DNA from: Octopus sinensis
Taxonomy: Eukaryota
DNA: 62,318 nt
Direction of reading: 5' to 3'
Assembly: GCF_006345805.1 (NCBI RefSeq)
Contig: NW_021832237.1
Span: forward strand, 1 to 62,318
The position numbers and the translations under genes are program-made. Every line of letters starts with the position of its first letter. Positions within the stretch are counted from its first letter, which is position 1. Below the pieces are notes generated by a model that worked only from the letters and a program-made list of their open reading frames with translations, searched no databases and had not been told where the DNA came from. Positions 35,761 through 48,534 of the stretch are shown in pieces.

Positions 35761-37506
35761 CTATGTTTGACTTTTGCTTTATATTTGTACAAGTTGGCTC
35801 CAAGTCTCACCCAGAGACCTCAAGAGACAACAGGGTTGGAAGTTCATGTTGTTGTTATGCCTAGTGTGCCATATATTTGGGGGGTGGGGATGTTGTACTA
35901 ATGAATGCCTAAAAAAAAAAAAGTTTTTTTTTTTTTTTTTTTTTTTAAACCGAAAATTAAGGTTGTTTTAAACCTTGAGGTTACATAGAGAGTATTTTGC
36001 GTAGGATATGAGCAGTTCCCATGAGCACTATCTTTTGAACTTCTGCCATTTTTGGGTTTCCTGGTATCTGAGTTAGGTAGCTATCAGCCCCTTTTGCTAT
36101 CATTCCCAGGGCACCTATGACAACAGGTATTGTTTTAGTCTTCAGCTTCCACATTTTGCTGATTTCTATTTCAAGATCTTTATATTTGCTCAGTTTTTGG
36201 TAGGTCCTGACAGATACGTTTATATCGATTGGGACAGTCATATCAATGAGGAGGCATGTTCTTTGTTTGAAGTCTTTCAATATGATGTCTGGCCTATTTG
36301 CATCTATCTTCCTGTCAGTTTGAATGGTGAAGTTCCAGAGGAGTGAGATGTGGTCATTTTCAAGCACTGGGGGTGGTTTGTGTTCCCACCAGTTTTTTTC
36401 ATGGGGCAAATCCAGGTTTTTACAGATTACCCAGTGAATATATTGTGCAGCTCTATCGTGCCTGTTGAGATACTCTGTAGGCGCTAGAAGACTGCACTTG
36501 GAGACCACATGGTCAATGGTTTCATTTTGTTGCTTGCATACACGACACGTTGGACTGCTTCTGATCTTTAATATGTTGGCCTGGTAGTTTCTTGTTGGTA
36601 GGCATTGATCTTGAGCTGCTATGATAAACCCCTCTGTTTCAGATTTTAAGCCAGAGGCCATTAGCCATTGATGGGTCAGGGCTTTGTCGATATCTGCATT
36701 ATTCGCTCTCTTTGGGTATTTGCCGTAGAGAGGTTTTTCTTGCCATTTATTATTCAGAATATCTAAGGCCGCAGTTTTGGCACGGGTTTTCATGCGCCTA
36801 GCTTTTTCTGTGCTTGTTTCTTGTATGTCTATCTCTAATTCCGAAATTGGTTGTATTCGGAATTCACTTAGATATTCCTTTGCCTGTTTTGTGACTGAGT
36901 ATGATGCTTTCTTGTTTTCATGTTTTGAGACAAGTTTTAACATCCAGTCCTCAGAGTTTTTCAGGTAGGTGTCTAGGCCAATTGTAGCAATCTTCATTGT
37001 TATTGCCAGTTGCAAAAGACCACGGCCTCCCTCTTTTCTTGGCAGATAGAGTCGTTCTGTATCTGCCTTAGGGTGGTGCATTCTATGCATTGTCAACAGT
37101 TTCCTTATTTTTCTGTCGAGCTGACATATTTCAGTAATTGACCAGTTAACAATATTGAAACTGTAAGTCACGACTGGTATAGCTAATGCATTGATTGCTT
37201 CGATCCTGTTTCTTGCATTCAGCTCTGTCTTGAGTATTGCTCTCACTCTTCGATAGCATTCTCTCCTGATCCTTTCCTTCATCTCTGAATGTCTTATTCC
37301 GTTCCCTTCAATTACCCCTAGGTACTTGTAGCTCTCCGCTGGGTCTAGTTCTTTTATGACATTCTGTTGGTCAAGGTTAACGTTAGATGTTTCTGTCATT
37401 TTTCCTTTGATAAAGGTAGCCTTTGCACATTTATCGAGGCCGAATTGCATTCTGATGTCGTCACTGAATTGTTTGACTATCGCTAGTAAGCCCTTGAGTT
37501 GTTGTT
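35761..37506 (-). mobile_element. 5'-truncated R4/Dong-clade retrotransposon inside a (TAA)n tract
   Basis: Uninterrupted ORF, 220-bp 3' UTR, (TAA)n on both sides. Confidence 0.95.
35981..37450 (-). CDS. R4/Dong ORF C-terminal part: RT domains 6-7 and thumb, CCHC zinc knuckle, restriction-like endonuclease (frame open upstream to about 37505; truncated, not a full protein)
   Basis: FGLDKCAK, YKYLG, RLYLPRKEGGRGL, WQEKPLYGKY, CRVC..ETIDHVVSKC, RHDRAAQYIHW, RPDIIL..LIDMTVP, KLSKYKDL, PVVIGALG, QKIVLMGTAHILRKIL. Confidence 0.9.
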   Translation of the reverse strand: MQFGLDKCAKATFIKGKMTETSNVNLDQQNVIKELDPAESYKYLGVIEGNGIRHSEMKERIRRECYRRVRAILKTELNARNRIEAINALAIPVVTYSFNIVNWSITEICQLDRKIRKLLTMHRMHHPKADTERLYLPRKEGGRGLLQLAITMKIATIGLDTYLKNSEDWMLKLVSKHENKKASYSVTKQAKEYLSEFRIQPISELEIDIQETSTEKARRMKTRAKTAALDILNNKWQEKPLYGKYPKRANNADIDKALTHQWLMASGLKSETEGFIIAAQDQCLPTRNYQANILKIRSSPTCRVCKQQNETIDHVVSKCSLLAPTEYLNRHDRAAQYIHWVICKNLDLPHEKNWWEHKPPPVLENDHISLLWNFTIQTDRKIDANRPDIILKDFKQRTCLLIDMTVPIDINVSVRTYQKLSKYKDLEIEISKMWKLKTKTIPVVIGALGMIAKGADSYLTQIPGNPKMAEVQKIVLMGTAHILRKILSM

Positions 37507-37525
37507 ATTATTATCATTATTATTA

Positions 37526-37584
<59 letters not shown>

Positions 37585-39073
37585 CAAATCTATATTTATG
37601 CAATTGTGTATTCGTATAAGTGTTTAAAGATACACTTGTATAAATTGCTATCAGTATAAACATAGACACATACATGTTATTTCTATATGCCTCCAGGCTA
37701 TTTCTATACTCAATTATCATATCAACTTATCTAAGTAGACCGCCGCAAACCAGTTAAACATGGTTGTAGTACAATGTAATGAATGATTAAAAGCAGATTT
37801 AATAAACTCCGTTAAAAACATTGATTTAAAACTAGTAAACAAACTGATTTTAGAAATATATATCAAAACTTTATGTATGTCCGCGTACATACATGTATAC
37901 ACTTATATAAATTAAGCTTAAATAATATCAAGTTGAAATTAGCTTTTATGATTCAGAGAGTAGAGAAGGAATGCTTTAGATTTCGTCCACCAAAAGAGGC
38001 AACTTTCCTTGAATTTCTGTTGAGGTGTTCATTGCTGGCTCATCACCATTACAGTATACTAATCATAAAGATGTCAATGCTTTAGCCTTCGTTACAATGG
38101 TTTAATTCGGTTCGTAATAGATACTGGATCTCTTCAACTCTCGAACATAACGTGGCCATGAAATTAACGTCACTATAAAGTCATCTCACTTCTAGTTTCA
38201 TTACGAAACAAGAGATTATGCATCTTGTAACTACCTTTAAACTAATAAGCAGTTAAATACATATCTATTTTGAATCATACACTGATTTTTTTTTTTTTTT
38301 ACTAGACTGCTATTCTCTTTGAGACACGTTTTCGTTTTAATGGGGTTGCAATATGTTGTAAAATCTACCCAAATGTCACTTGAGGAATTCGATAATCTCA
38401 TTGTATTCCACTTAGTAAGTTTGTGGTATCTATGCTGGACTGAAAAATACTTATCTAATAGTACAAAAAACTTCAATCATAGAAAGGGCATCCTCCTTTT
38501 GAAAGTAAAGTGCTAAATGATGTAATATGTTTACATCTACTTCAGGTTTTACAACCGATAACCCTATTGTTCATAAAACAAACTTATCCTCCAATCCACT
38601 CCGAGTTACAACAGGATGCTAATTAAAATTTCCTTCATTAACAGAGGCGCTCAAAAGCCTCAATCTTTGTAATAAAATCTTATCTTTTATCTTTCTGAGG
38701 TAATTAACATCCGGCTATTATAATATAATATCATTACATTTGTCAAAAATATGCCTGAGCCCTTTGAGAGATTAATTCTGTACTGAAAATTAAGAAAAGA
38801 ATATCATAGCAGTGAATGTGGAAAGGCAGAAGAATATGGAAAATTCTTCATCGTGGATCATACGAAGGGATGTGAAATGGCGGCTTCAACTGTTATAGCA
38901 TCCTTTATTCAAGTTCAATGTCAACCGTCATTTTTGGCGAGTCCTGTATTACTATACATACCTACCTACATACCTACTTAGCTATCTACTTACCTGCTGG
39001 CCTACATACATGCATATATATGTGTATAAACATATCTTTATATGAGTGTGTGTGTGTATGTGTGTGTGTGTGT

Positions 39074-39138
<65 letters not shown>

Positions 39139-40019
39139 TGTGTGTGTGAGTGTTTTAAAAACTTTACGTTCATTTGTTAAATATCTCCTGTCATGTACCG
39201 AATACATATATCACCGCTCACCTGCCTGTGGAGTTGTCTATGACTACGATATGTACAATTCTTTTCCTCTTCTTCCTAATACTTGCAGACGTTCCATTTC
39301 AACATTTACCACTCTCATTTGTTTGCAAAAGTTAGTACCCATTCTTACCCGTACTCATGACCTCCCGACACACCAAATGTAATCTGGTTTAGACCTCCAA
39401 TTATAAACGTTACCCAATCATTAATATATCTCCGACATAGAACGTTTGAGTCCTGCTTGGGTATCAAATATTACAACTAGTAACCCGTGCAACACTTACC
39501 GCAGTATCTGGTATTAACTGGTCAGAGCTCAGTCAAGTCTGCACCAACTACCTCAGGCCAAAACATCTAAGACTACCAATCAAGTGATCGAAATCATTTT
39601 CCAATACACGTCCCTTCAAATCCTTCACCCAAACAAAGCCTCAAAGTACCTAATATCGAAACCAAGTCATCCAGAAGTAAGGGGAATTTATGCACCATAG
39701 CGATCCTTTCGTGACTATCATAACAAAAGGTGAAGGATACATTCATACTTTCTTTTATTGTCTTATTTTTTAAAATGGCATCCAAGTTGGAGCAACACCT
39801 TGAAGCGTAAAGTCAATGAAATCGATTCCAAATACTAGTTTTAATTTTGATCTTTATTCCACCAGTCGCTAAGTTACTAGAACATAAGCAAACTAACACT
39901 GGTCGTCAGTCTGTGAAAGACGAACGCAAAAACGCCCAATCACACAAATACACACACACGCACGCGCACACGCACACACATACATATATACATACACACA
40001 TCGGTATATACACACACAC

Positions 40020-40165
40020 ACGCTCAAAGGGCTTACACAGTTTCCATCTACTGCATTCACTCACAAGGCATTGACCAAACAGTAACTATTACAAATGATA
40101 CTTATCCATGTAGCAAGGAGTGGCATTGAACCTGAAACTACGTAATCATGAAGTGATATAATCCA
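40020..40165 (-). mobile_element. SINE family B, left half (diverged)
   Basis: gtttccatctactgcattcactcacaaggc...cattgaacctgaaactacg. Confidence 0.6.
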
Positions 40166-40299
40166 CACAGACATGCCTACGCAAATCGCACGGCTTTCAA
40201 GCTCTTGATTTTACTGCAGAACCTTCTGGTTACTGTGAAGTGGGATTCTGCTATCATTGAGTAATCCTCTTACCCACCACACCTCATTAAGATGATTAC

Positions 40300-40522
40300 A
40301 AGTAAGTTCACTGCCATCAGTTCACCGCCATCATTTCATCGTGAAGAAAGTTCACCGTGAGGAAAGTTCGCCCCCGAGGAAAGTTTACCGAAAAAATATA
40401 TCCATAGTATCTCACCATTAATAATTAAAAACTATTTTATTTAAAAAGAAAAAAATTAAAACTGTGAATTGATGACGGTAAACTTTCTTTGAGGTGAATT
40501 GATGACGGTGAACTAACCGGAC
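40300..40522. mobile_element. MITE-like element with tandem subterminal AGTTCACCG / CGGTGAATT motifs
   Basis: About five direct copies of an agttcacc-like motif on the left, inverted copies on the right, AT-rich spacer; superfamily not assigned. Confidence 0.5.
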
Positions 40523-41094
40523 ATACATTAAGATAGCTATGGTGAAAGCTGCACCACGGAAAAATTCCGTACGTTTATTGTCTGCTTCACCTCCAGTTGT
40601 ACGAGTGCAAAACTCATGAACTAATTATCACCATCATCTACTAATCCTAAGACTAGCTTATAAAAGAACTTCCACTGTTACTACATGGTAGAGATCAAGG
40701 TTGTTTATCAAAATTGCTGACTAAAATGTTGCGAAACAGAGCAAGCGGAGTAAGGAGTAGAAATACTGGTGGGAATTGTTTGCGGTCAATTAGTATAGCT
40801 TTGTTTATTAATAATTGTAAGTTGTGTGAGTGGTACGATAAGAGTGTTAGCATTTAACGCTTTATGACAGTAAGGCGAGACAAATATCATTAGAGGAGAA
40901 TGCAAATGTCCTAGGGGTAAGAAAAAATGACAGCAAACATTCAGAATGAGATAAGCAAAAGTAGAATATGATTGGATATAATTAAACATAATAAGACACA
41001 TATTTCGAGATTCTGGATATTATATATATAACAATGCTTCATGTCAGTTTGGTTTCAACAAAAATACATATTAATATGTGTGTGTGTGTGTGTG

Positions 41095-41400
41095 TGTAAA
41101 ATGTATGTATACAAATATAAAAATATGTATATACGGACACACGCACACACACATAAAGACACGTACATACATAAGTACATACATACATACATACATACAT
41201 ACATACATGCAGGCATGCATGCATGCATACATACATACATACATATATACATACATACATGCATGCATGCATGCATACATACATACATACATACATACAT
41301 ACATACATACATACATACATGCATGCATGCATGCATGCATACATACATACATACATACATACATACATACATACATACATACATACATACATACATACAT
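41095..41400. repeat. (TACA)n tract with interspersed TGCA units
   Basis: Direct reading; source of ORFs 41039-41522. Confidence 0.95.
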
Positions 41401-42249
41401 ACTGGCGTGTTGCAAAAATGTAGCCATAAATGCTTTCTTTCAGTTACCCGTATACCACGTCCACACTGACATGAATTCCATATTCTCTCTCCTCGGATGA
41501 CAAAGTGTTTGACTGTCTCCATTAGTACTTTCTACAGCACCTATAGCTGTATGTTCGTTACGATATATTACTGTGCACACGCATATGTACGTACAGCCAG
41601 GAAGAGGGAGGAAAAAAGATGGATGGTGTATTTATCCTTATTACAAATGTCAGTTGTCAGTATGCGGTAGGTTCATCACTTCTCTTGACATTCTGGTCTT
41701 CTTAACAGATTTATCATCCATGAAAGTTACAATGCTTACACTAGAGACTATTTTATTTCTCATTGCTGACATCATTACCATCCTAATTAACAGTATTATT
41801 GTCAGTATCATTATCTCTATCTTTGTGCTGTTTTTGCACCCCATAGTATCGCAAAAAAAGCAAAAGAAAAATGCTTTAATCTTATCTTTAATCAGTCATA
41901 TTTTCATATGATTCAGGTAGCTCAGTAAAAACAGAGTAACGTCTTTGGTTGTCTTTTATGCAAGCGTTAAGGTGTCCTTTTTTTATTTAGTCGGAATGTT
42001 TTGTAATAGTTTGTTATGCGTGATGAAATTCTTTGGTGGTCAGGGCTAAGAAGTAGGGGTGTGGCTTATTTTGTTTTTCTTTGCATTCCCTTATTACTCT
42101 TTGTTATTTGCCGTTCATTTTCTGCCTTCCGTATGTGTGTGTGTGCGTGCGTTTGTGTGCGTGTGTGTATGTGTGTGTGTATCTATGTACTGATCCGTGA
42201 TAGAAGATTTAACAAAAAAAGTACTCCGTCTGGTGAGAGATAAATATTA

Positions 42250-42413
42250 GGCGTAGGAGTGGCTGTGTGGTAAGTAGCTTGCTTACCAACCACATGGTTC
42301 CGGGTTCAGTCCCACTGTGTGGCACCTTGGGCAAGTGTCTTCTACTATAGCCTCGGGCCAACCAAAGCCTTGTGAGCGGATTTGGTAGACGGAAACTGAA
42401 GAAGCCTGTCGTA

Positions 42414-42478
<65 letters not shown>

Positions 42479-42720
42479 ATTATATATATGTATGTATGTA
42501 TGTGCGTGTATATGTTTGTGTGTCTGTGTTTGTTCCCTCCGACATCGCTTGACAACCGATGCTGGTGTGTCTCCGTAACTTAGCAGTTCGGCAAAAAAGA
42601 CCGATAGAGTAAGTACTAGGCTTACAAAGAATAAATCCTGGGCTCGATTTGCTCAACTAAAGGCAGTGCTCCAGCATGGCCACAGCCAAATGACTGAAAT
42701 AAGTAAAAGAGTAAAGAGTA
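42250..42720 (+). mobile_element. SINE family B, full length
   Basis: ggcgtaggagtggctgtgtggtaag ... gggttcagtccc ... internal (TA)n ... gagtaaagagt. Confidence 0.9.
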
Positions 42721-43599
42721 GGAGTATTATTTATTTAAAGATCACAATACAATATTGTCATATGTTGAGAGGACTCAAACATATTCTTCAGGCGCAAACC
42801 ACATATCATAACGAACTAAAGAAATTGAATAATAAAAGAAACGCAAAAAAACTGAAAAGCAGCATATAGAAAACGCAGACAGTAAACAACGGAAAACGAA
42901 AAACAGAAGCTAAATTGTCAAATATATATATATATACCTTTATGAATTCCTGTTGCATGAATCCCAATATGAAACCGTGTGTTGAAACAGATATTGTTTT
43001 ATTTTGGGATGATAATTTTTTTTTTTTTTTGCTAAATAAACCCAGGCACTATATATTCGTTCTTCACTCGTTTATTACTGTTCTTATTCTCACTCATCTC
43101 CATTGTCCTGAAATCCTTCGTCATACATCTCTGACCTCTTCAGCAACACTTTCCATATTCGTGTGTGTTCCTGCTCGCTTAGTCCATTCTGTTCTTCTAT
43201 GATGTGTATCCTTATATGCGCAAGTATTTGCACTTGTATTTGTGTATGTATATGTGTGTGTATGTGTGGGTGTGCGTGTGTGTGTCCGTGTGTGTGTGTT
43301 TGTGCTTAGTAGCACTGTGACCCACCTCTCAGCCCCGTCGCCTCCCCCCTTGTCGCTGCTGCCGCCGCTGACGTCGAGTTTTTGTACCGTTCCTGTATCT
43401 GTGTTTGTGTGTTCGCCCACGCCGCTGCCATCGTGGTTGATGTTGTTGTTGTTGTTCTTGTTGCCGCTGTTGCCGTTGTCGTTGTTGGTTGTGTTGTTGA
43501 TGCTGTTGCGGCCGTTTGTGAAGTTACTGTATATGTGCTTGTGTGTGTATATGGGTTCGTTTACTATGTTGTTTGTATCTGTGTCCTTTATACAGTTTT

Positions 43600-43835
43600 T
43601 TCGTTTATTTTCTATTTCTTATATTTATCATAGATATGTGCATATTTGTCTATTGTGATTGTATCTGTTTTTCCCTTCTGTCTTTAGTCGTCATGTTGTT
43701 TGGTGTGGTTGTCTGTGTTATTGTTTCATTGGTGTTTTCTGTTGAGGTTCGGTCTGTCTATTGCTATGTGTATAGCCTCTGTGACCTGTCTAAGTGTCGT
43801 ATCATTTCTATGCCTTGATAATACCTTAACCTGTA
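43600..43835 (-). pseudogene. PLE GIY-YIG C-terminal fragment
   Basis: VKVLSRHRNDTTLRQVTEAIHIAIDRPNLNRKHQ* resembles the R.I.EAI.I...P.LN end of PLE endonucleases. Confidence 0.5.
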
Positions 43836-43921
43836 TGCTATCAAGCGAGCCCCTATGTTCTGTTTGAGCATGTTGGTAGAGCACCGACGAGCCTTTCATT
43901 TCTTTGAGCTACCGCCATTGT

Positions 43922-43991
43922 GCACCTATACGCTCGCCTATGTTGCGTGCTGTGGAGACACAGCACGCAACATAGAGGAGCGTATGTGTGT
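43922..43991. other. Long hairpin (17-bp perfect stem, GAGA loop, plus 8-bp basal stem)
   Basis: CTATGTTGCGTGCTGTG-GAGA-CACAGCACGCAACATAG flanked by ATACGCTC/GAGCGTAT. Confidence 0.85.
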
Positions 43992-44003
43992 CGTTGTGTT
44001 AGT

Positions 44004-44238
44004 CCTTCGTGTTTGTCTTCGTGTTTGCCTTCGTGTTTGCCTTCGTGTTTGCCTTCGTGTTTGTCCCTTACCACCACTTGACAACCGGTGTTGTTTTGTT
44101 TACACCCCCCTAATCAAACAGTTCCACAAAAAGAGAACGATATAGTAAGTACCAGACTTTAAACATGTACTTTGATCGATTTGTTCAACTAAACATTTCA
44201 AGGAGCTTTTTCCAGCATAGTAGTAGTCTAATAACTGA
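44004..44238 (+). mobile_element. SINE family B right half preceded by a 12-bp minisatellite (ccttcgtgtttg x5)
   Basis: Direct reading; cttgacaaccgg...ccagcatag...gaaacaagtaa. Confidence 0.65.
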
Positions 44239-44829
44239 AACAAGTAACAGAAAAAGGATGTAAAATATTTATCTATATACAGTATATATCAAGATTTATA
44301 GCTATCTATATATGTGTTTATATATAAACACTTGTGTAATTGCGCGCGTGTGAGGACTACTGCTTTGATAATGAGGTCTTCTGAGACTGAAACGTTAGTG
44401 TTCACAGGTACCATCTTGTTAACAGACAAGCAGACTGTCTTTTCGTTGAAGGTATGCCAGTGTTGAAGATTCTTTGTACTTGAGATTTCATTTTCTTCTC
44501 ACTTGGAGTTAGAGATTGTCCCAACTGATTCTTCAACCATTCTTGGAAGAGAAGATAATTTTAATAAATCGAAAATTTATCTTGCACGGTATTTAATCTA
44601 TCTCTATTTGTATTTCTTGTTCAAATACATGCCATTGGTCACTGAGTTATTTTCTAAGTAGCTCATTTTCGTTAAATGTGTGTATACATATGCATGCTTA
44701 CGCACACACATACACACACATACATGCATACATACATACATACATGTATATGTTTGTAAATATACATATATAGAGAGAAATAGATAAATAGAGAGATAGA
44801 CAGATATTATGTATGTATGTCCAGAGAAC

Positions 44830-45509
44830 AAGGTGTCATCATACCACTTTTTTCATCCTTTGTACGGCCACACCTTGAATACTGCTGCCCACTGTGGTCT
44901 CCTCACACAAGACAAAACATCTCCAGAATTGAGTCACCCCAGAGGGCTCTCACTAAACAAATTGAAGGCATGGCTGCTCTCGACTATTGGGATCGCCTTA
45001 AAGCCTTGAAACTTTACTCCCTCCAGCGTCGCCGTGAGCGGTACAATCATTTGTACGATGTGGAAAATATACCGCCAACTTGCCCAAACGACCTAAACAT
45101 TAGCTTCAAGGTTCATCCGAGACTTGGACCACGGGCTATACGTCCCCTGCCAAATTCAAGATCACAACATACATGTACACTGCAACATAATTTCTTTTCT
45201 TCAACAGGCCCTGCCCTATTTAACATTGTCCCGAGGGAGATCAAAGAGGAAAAGGATCCCATCAACTTCAAACAGAGTCTGGATAGATTCCTTCAAAGAA
45301 TACCAGACAAGCCACCCATAATTGGATACAACTCACCCAACAAGAACTCACTACTTGAACAAAACTGGATACAACTCACCCAACAAGAACTTACTACTTG
45401 AACAAAACTTGACTTAAACAGGATTCGAATAATCCTATCAGGTGGTGCTATTAAGTTAGACATGGCCTGGACCAATCTCTGGTCGAAACATATCTAAGTT
45501 TTATCTAAG

Positions 45510-45510
<1 letters not shown>
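44830..45510 (+). mobile_element. CR1-clade LINE 3' fragment
   Basis: LFSSFVRPHLEYCCPLWSPH...IESPQRALTK.I.G...LDYWDRLKALKLYSLQRRRERY; 3' hairpin gacca/tggtc and tctaagt-repeat tail. Confidence 0.9.
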
Positions 45511-45546
<36 letters not shown>

Positions 45547-45559
45547 CAAATCAAATAAA

Positions 45560-45690
45560 CAATTCAAATAAACGAATAATAAAACTAACAAACAACAAGA
45601 GGACATGCACAAGAAATGTATTAGCTTGATGCTCGGTAAAAAGTAACAGTTTGACGTTTCGAGCATAGCACTTCGTCGGAAACTATATGT
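45560..45690 (-). mobile_element. PLE terminus fragment with hammerhead motif (45648-45684)
   Basis: AGUUU-CCGACGA-A-GUGC UAU GCUC-GAA-ACGU-C-AAACU; 5-bp stem I, GUC cleavage triplet. Confidence 0.65.
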
Positions 45691-46741
45691 GTAAGCATTT
45701 GAAAGATATATTTTTGTATGTGAATATTTATACACGTACGTATGAATGTATATGTATATACATATATGGATTGGATGTACGCGTGTGTGTACATAGGCAT
45801 GTATGTATGAATATACATGTACATATATGTGTATATATATATGATATACTAGCAGAGAATCCCGGCTAGGAAAATAGGGATGAAAACATCCAATCTTTCA
45901 CTGGCTCCACTGCTTAATACCCAATTTAGTAGAGGAAAACCTTCCAATCCACATTGGTATATATTAAATTTATAAAAGTGCATAGAAAATGGAGATATAC
46001 AATAGTCAATAAAAAAATTAAAATTTATGAAAATAATATATTGTATATTCTTACAATAATATAATATAATAAATTAGTTGTATACTGTCAACTTAATGTG
46101 ACAGTCCCATAAATGGAATCATACTACTGTTATTTAGCCCTAGGAAGCAGCAACGCTTCCTATCGGCCTTGACACATTTCCTGTGTCCTTATGTTTGCAA
46201 GGGGGAGATAAGCACCGCAACCCAGCTAAGCCTGCAGCAGAGAATAATTTTTGAGTCTTTGCTCATCGAATATTAAATACAAATTACATACCGTTGTGTC
46301 GATTCTTACCCATAATAAATTGATTGGGGGTAAGAATCTCTTCAGCGTAATTTTTGATATATGAAGGTATGCAGATCAGAGAAAAGATTGAATTTTAATA
46401 TACATATTTTTACATATCACTTTCATTCTTACATATTAAAAAATACATGCCATTATAATAACAGTACGCTATTTATCTATCGGTAGATAGCAAAATAATA
46501 TATTTGAAATACTTTATCATCTCTAGTCAAATAGCAAATAATATAAATTACATTGCATTAATTATTTATAATAATCATTACTAAAAATCAAAGATTAATA
46601 ATTAAAAATTACATAGTTTATATAAAAAAGAAACTTTCTAAAAAATATCCTAACATTATACATGTGTGTTTGCGTGTGTGTATATATATGTGTGTGTATG
46701 TATGTATGTATATATGCATGTAAAATATATCTATGTGTATG

Positions 46742-46774
<33 letters not shown>

Positions 46775-46804
46775 GTGTATGTATGTGTGTATATATATAT
46801 ATAA

Positions 46805-46838
<34 letters not shown>

Positions 46839-47032
46839 GTGCGTGTGTGTGTGTGTGTGCGTGCGTGTGTGTGTGTGTGTAAAGCTAACTAGGAAATGGA
46901 TGCGTGGCGCTCAATCATATAATAAATTATATATATATATATATATATGCATATATATATATTGATTGATTCTAGTTTCAGCTCACGAGCTGTGGCCATG
47001 CTGGGGCACGTACATATATACATATGCGTATA

Positions 47033-47192
47033 TGGGTGCAGGACATCATAAAGATTAAACATGAAACATGAAATACGAAAACATGGAATACGAAGCATTT
47101 GTTTCTTTCGTTGTTCCCCCCAAAAAGTTTGTATTCCATGTTTTCGTATTTCGTATTTCATGTTGTTTACGTTTTATGACGTCCTGTACCCA
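47033..47192. mobile_element. MITE with ~65-bp inverted arms
   Basis: tgggtgcaggacatcataaa...catgaaatacgaaaacatggaatac / gtattccatgttttcgtatttc...tttatgacgtcctgtaccca. Confidence 0.75.
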
Positions 47193-47289
47193 AATATGTA
47201 TATACATATATATATATGTATGTACATCATATATGTATGTATATATGCATATATATATATTATATATATAATATATATATATATATTAC

Positions 47290-47330
<41 letters not shown>

Positions 47331-47384
47331 CAATATATATATATATATATCATATATATATATATGCAATCATACATCATACAC

Positions 47385-47461
<77 letters not shown>

Positions 47462-48029
47462 TATACATATAATATATAATGCATATATAATATATATACA
47501 TATATATTCGCCCCATCACCGACAGTTTTGACTGTTGGCAGACGACAAACAATAGTGAGCTGACAGCAACTTCGTCTGTAAACATGAACTCCTTAGACAG
47601 ACATTTGTGATAAGTGTAGTTTGCTTTCAAGAATAAGGTTAGAGAAGGTAGGAGGGGGCGAATCCTCCCACTCACTTAGTCACTACACTTCTCCTCCCCC
47701 TCCTCCACTCACACACACCGACGGAATACTTGATATCAATTGCCGGCCGACAAAAATATGCTAAAAATTCTACTTCCTATCATTTGAGTCGAACGGTTGG
47801 TTTGGACAGAAGGTGATGCTGGAAGTGTGGGTGTAGTCAGATTAGTACAAAGAGAGTGTGATTGCCTTTTTTTTTTATTTTTGTGAGGATATTATAGAGG
47901 TGGTAGCAATAATGTTGGTGGTGGTGGTGGTGGTGATGGTGGTGGTGGTGGTGGTGGTGGTAGTTGTTGTATGTGGTGGTGGTGGTGGTGGTGGTGGTGG
48001 TGGTGGTGGTGGTGTTGTTGTTGTTCTTA

Positions 48030-48285
48030 TTGCTGTTTAACCCCCAGGATAGTTCTGACTAAACAGATCTTACAACAAAGACATTTCGCTTGTGACCATC
48101 CTGTCTTTATTTATTATTGTTATTACTATTTTCTTTTTTTTTTCTTTTTTTGTATATGCAGGGAATTCTGACCGGTTGTACCCAACGTGAAATTATTAAG
48201 ACGGTAGAATGTGATTTAAGGAAAACTAAGCTATTGTTTCTAGTAGGTTGAGTGACCATGTAGTAGCCCTTGTTAGCTGGTGTGG
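48030..48285 (+). mobile_element. Dispersed SINE-like repeat, family X
   Basis: gtttaacccccaggatagttctgac...gacattt...ttaagacggtagaatgtgattt...ctattgtttctagtaggttgagtgacc. Confidence 0.45.
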
Positions 48286-48335
48286 TGGTTATGGTAGCGA
48301 AGACGTAATGAGATTATTCCGTTGAATGATATTGA

Positions 48336-48534
48336 TTTCAAATTTTGGTACAACACCAGGATGTCCGGGGGCAGAGGGCAAGTCGACAACATCGAACCCA
48401 GTGATTAACTGGTACTTATTTTATCGACTCCGAAATGATGAGAGGCAAAGGTGACCACGGTGACATTTGAACTCAGAACGTAATGTCAATAAGCATTTTT
48501 TACAGTACGGTAGCGATTCTGCCAGCTCACCGCC
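48336..48534 (-). mobile_element. SINE family A (diverged) with ~22-bp TSD
   Basis: TSD ttattccgtt(g/c)aatgat(a/g)ttga at 48314-48335 and 48535-48556. Confidence 0.8.

Noticed and set aside
44004-44064. Regular 12-bp repeat array encoding HEGK on the minus strand
   Set aside because: No unique spacers (not CRISPR); a local minisatellite expansion at the microsatellite position of a family B SINE.
45462-45495. GACCA/UGGUC hairpin followed by GAAAC, resembling half a hammerhead
   Set aside because: No CUGANGA and no stem I; it sits where the CR1 3' recognition stem-loop is expected.
45958-45978. tatatattaaatttataaa identical to 59027-59045
   Set aside because: A/T-only and partly palindromic; the flanks do not align, so chance is plausible.
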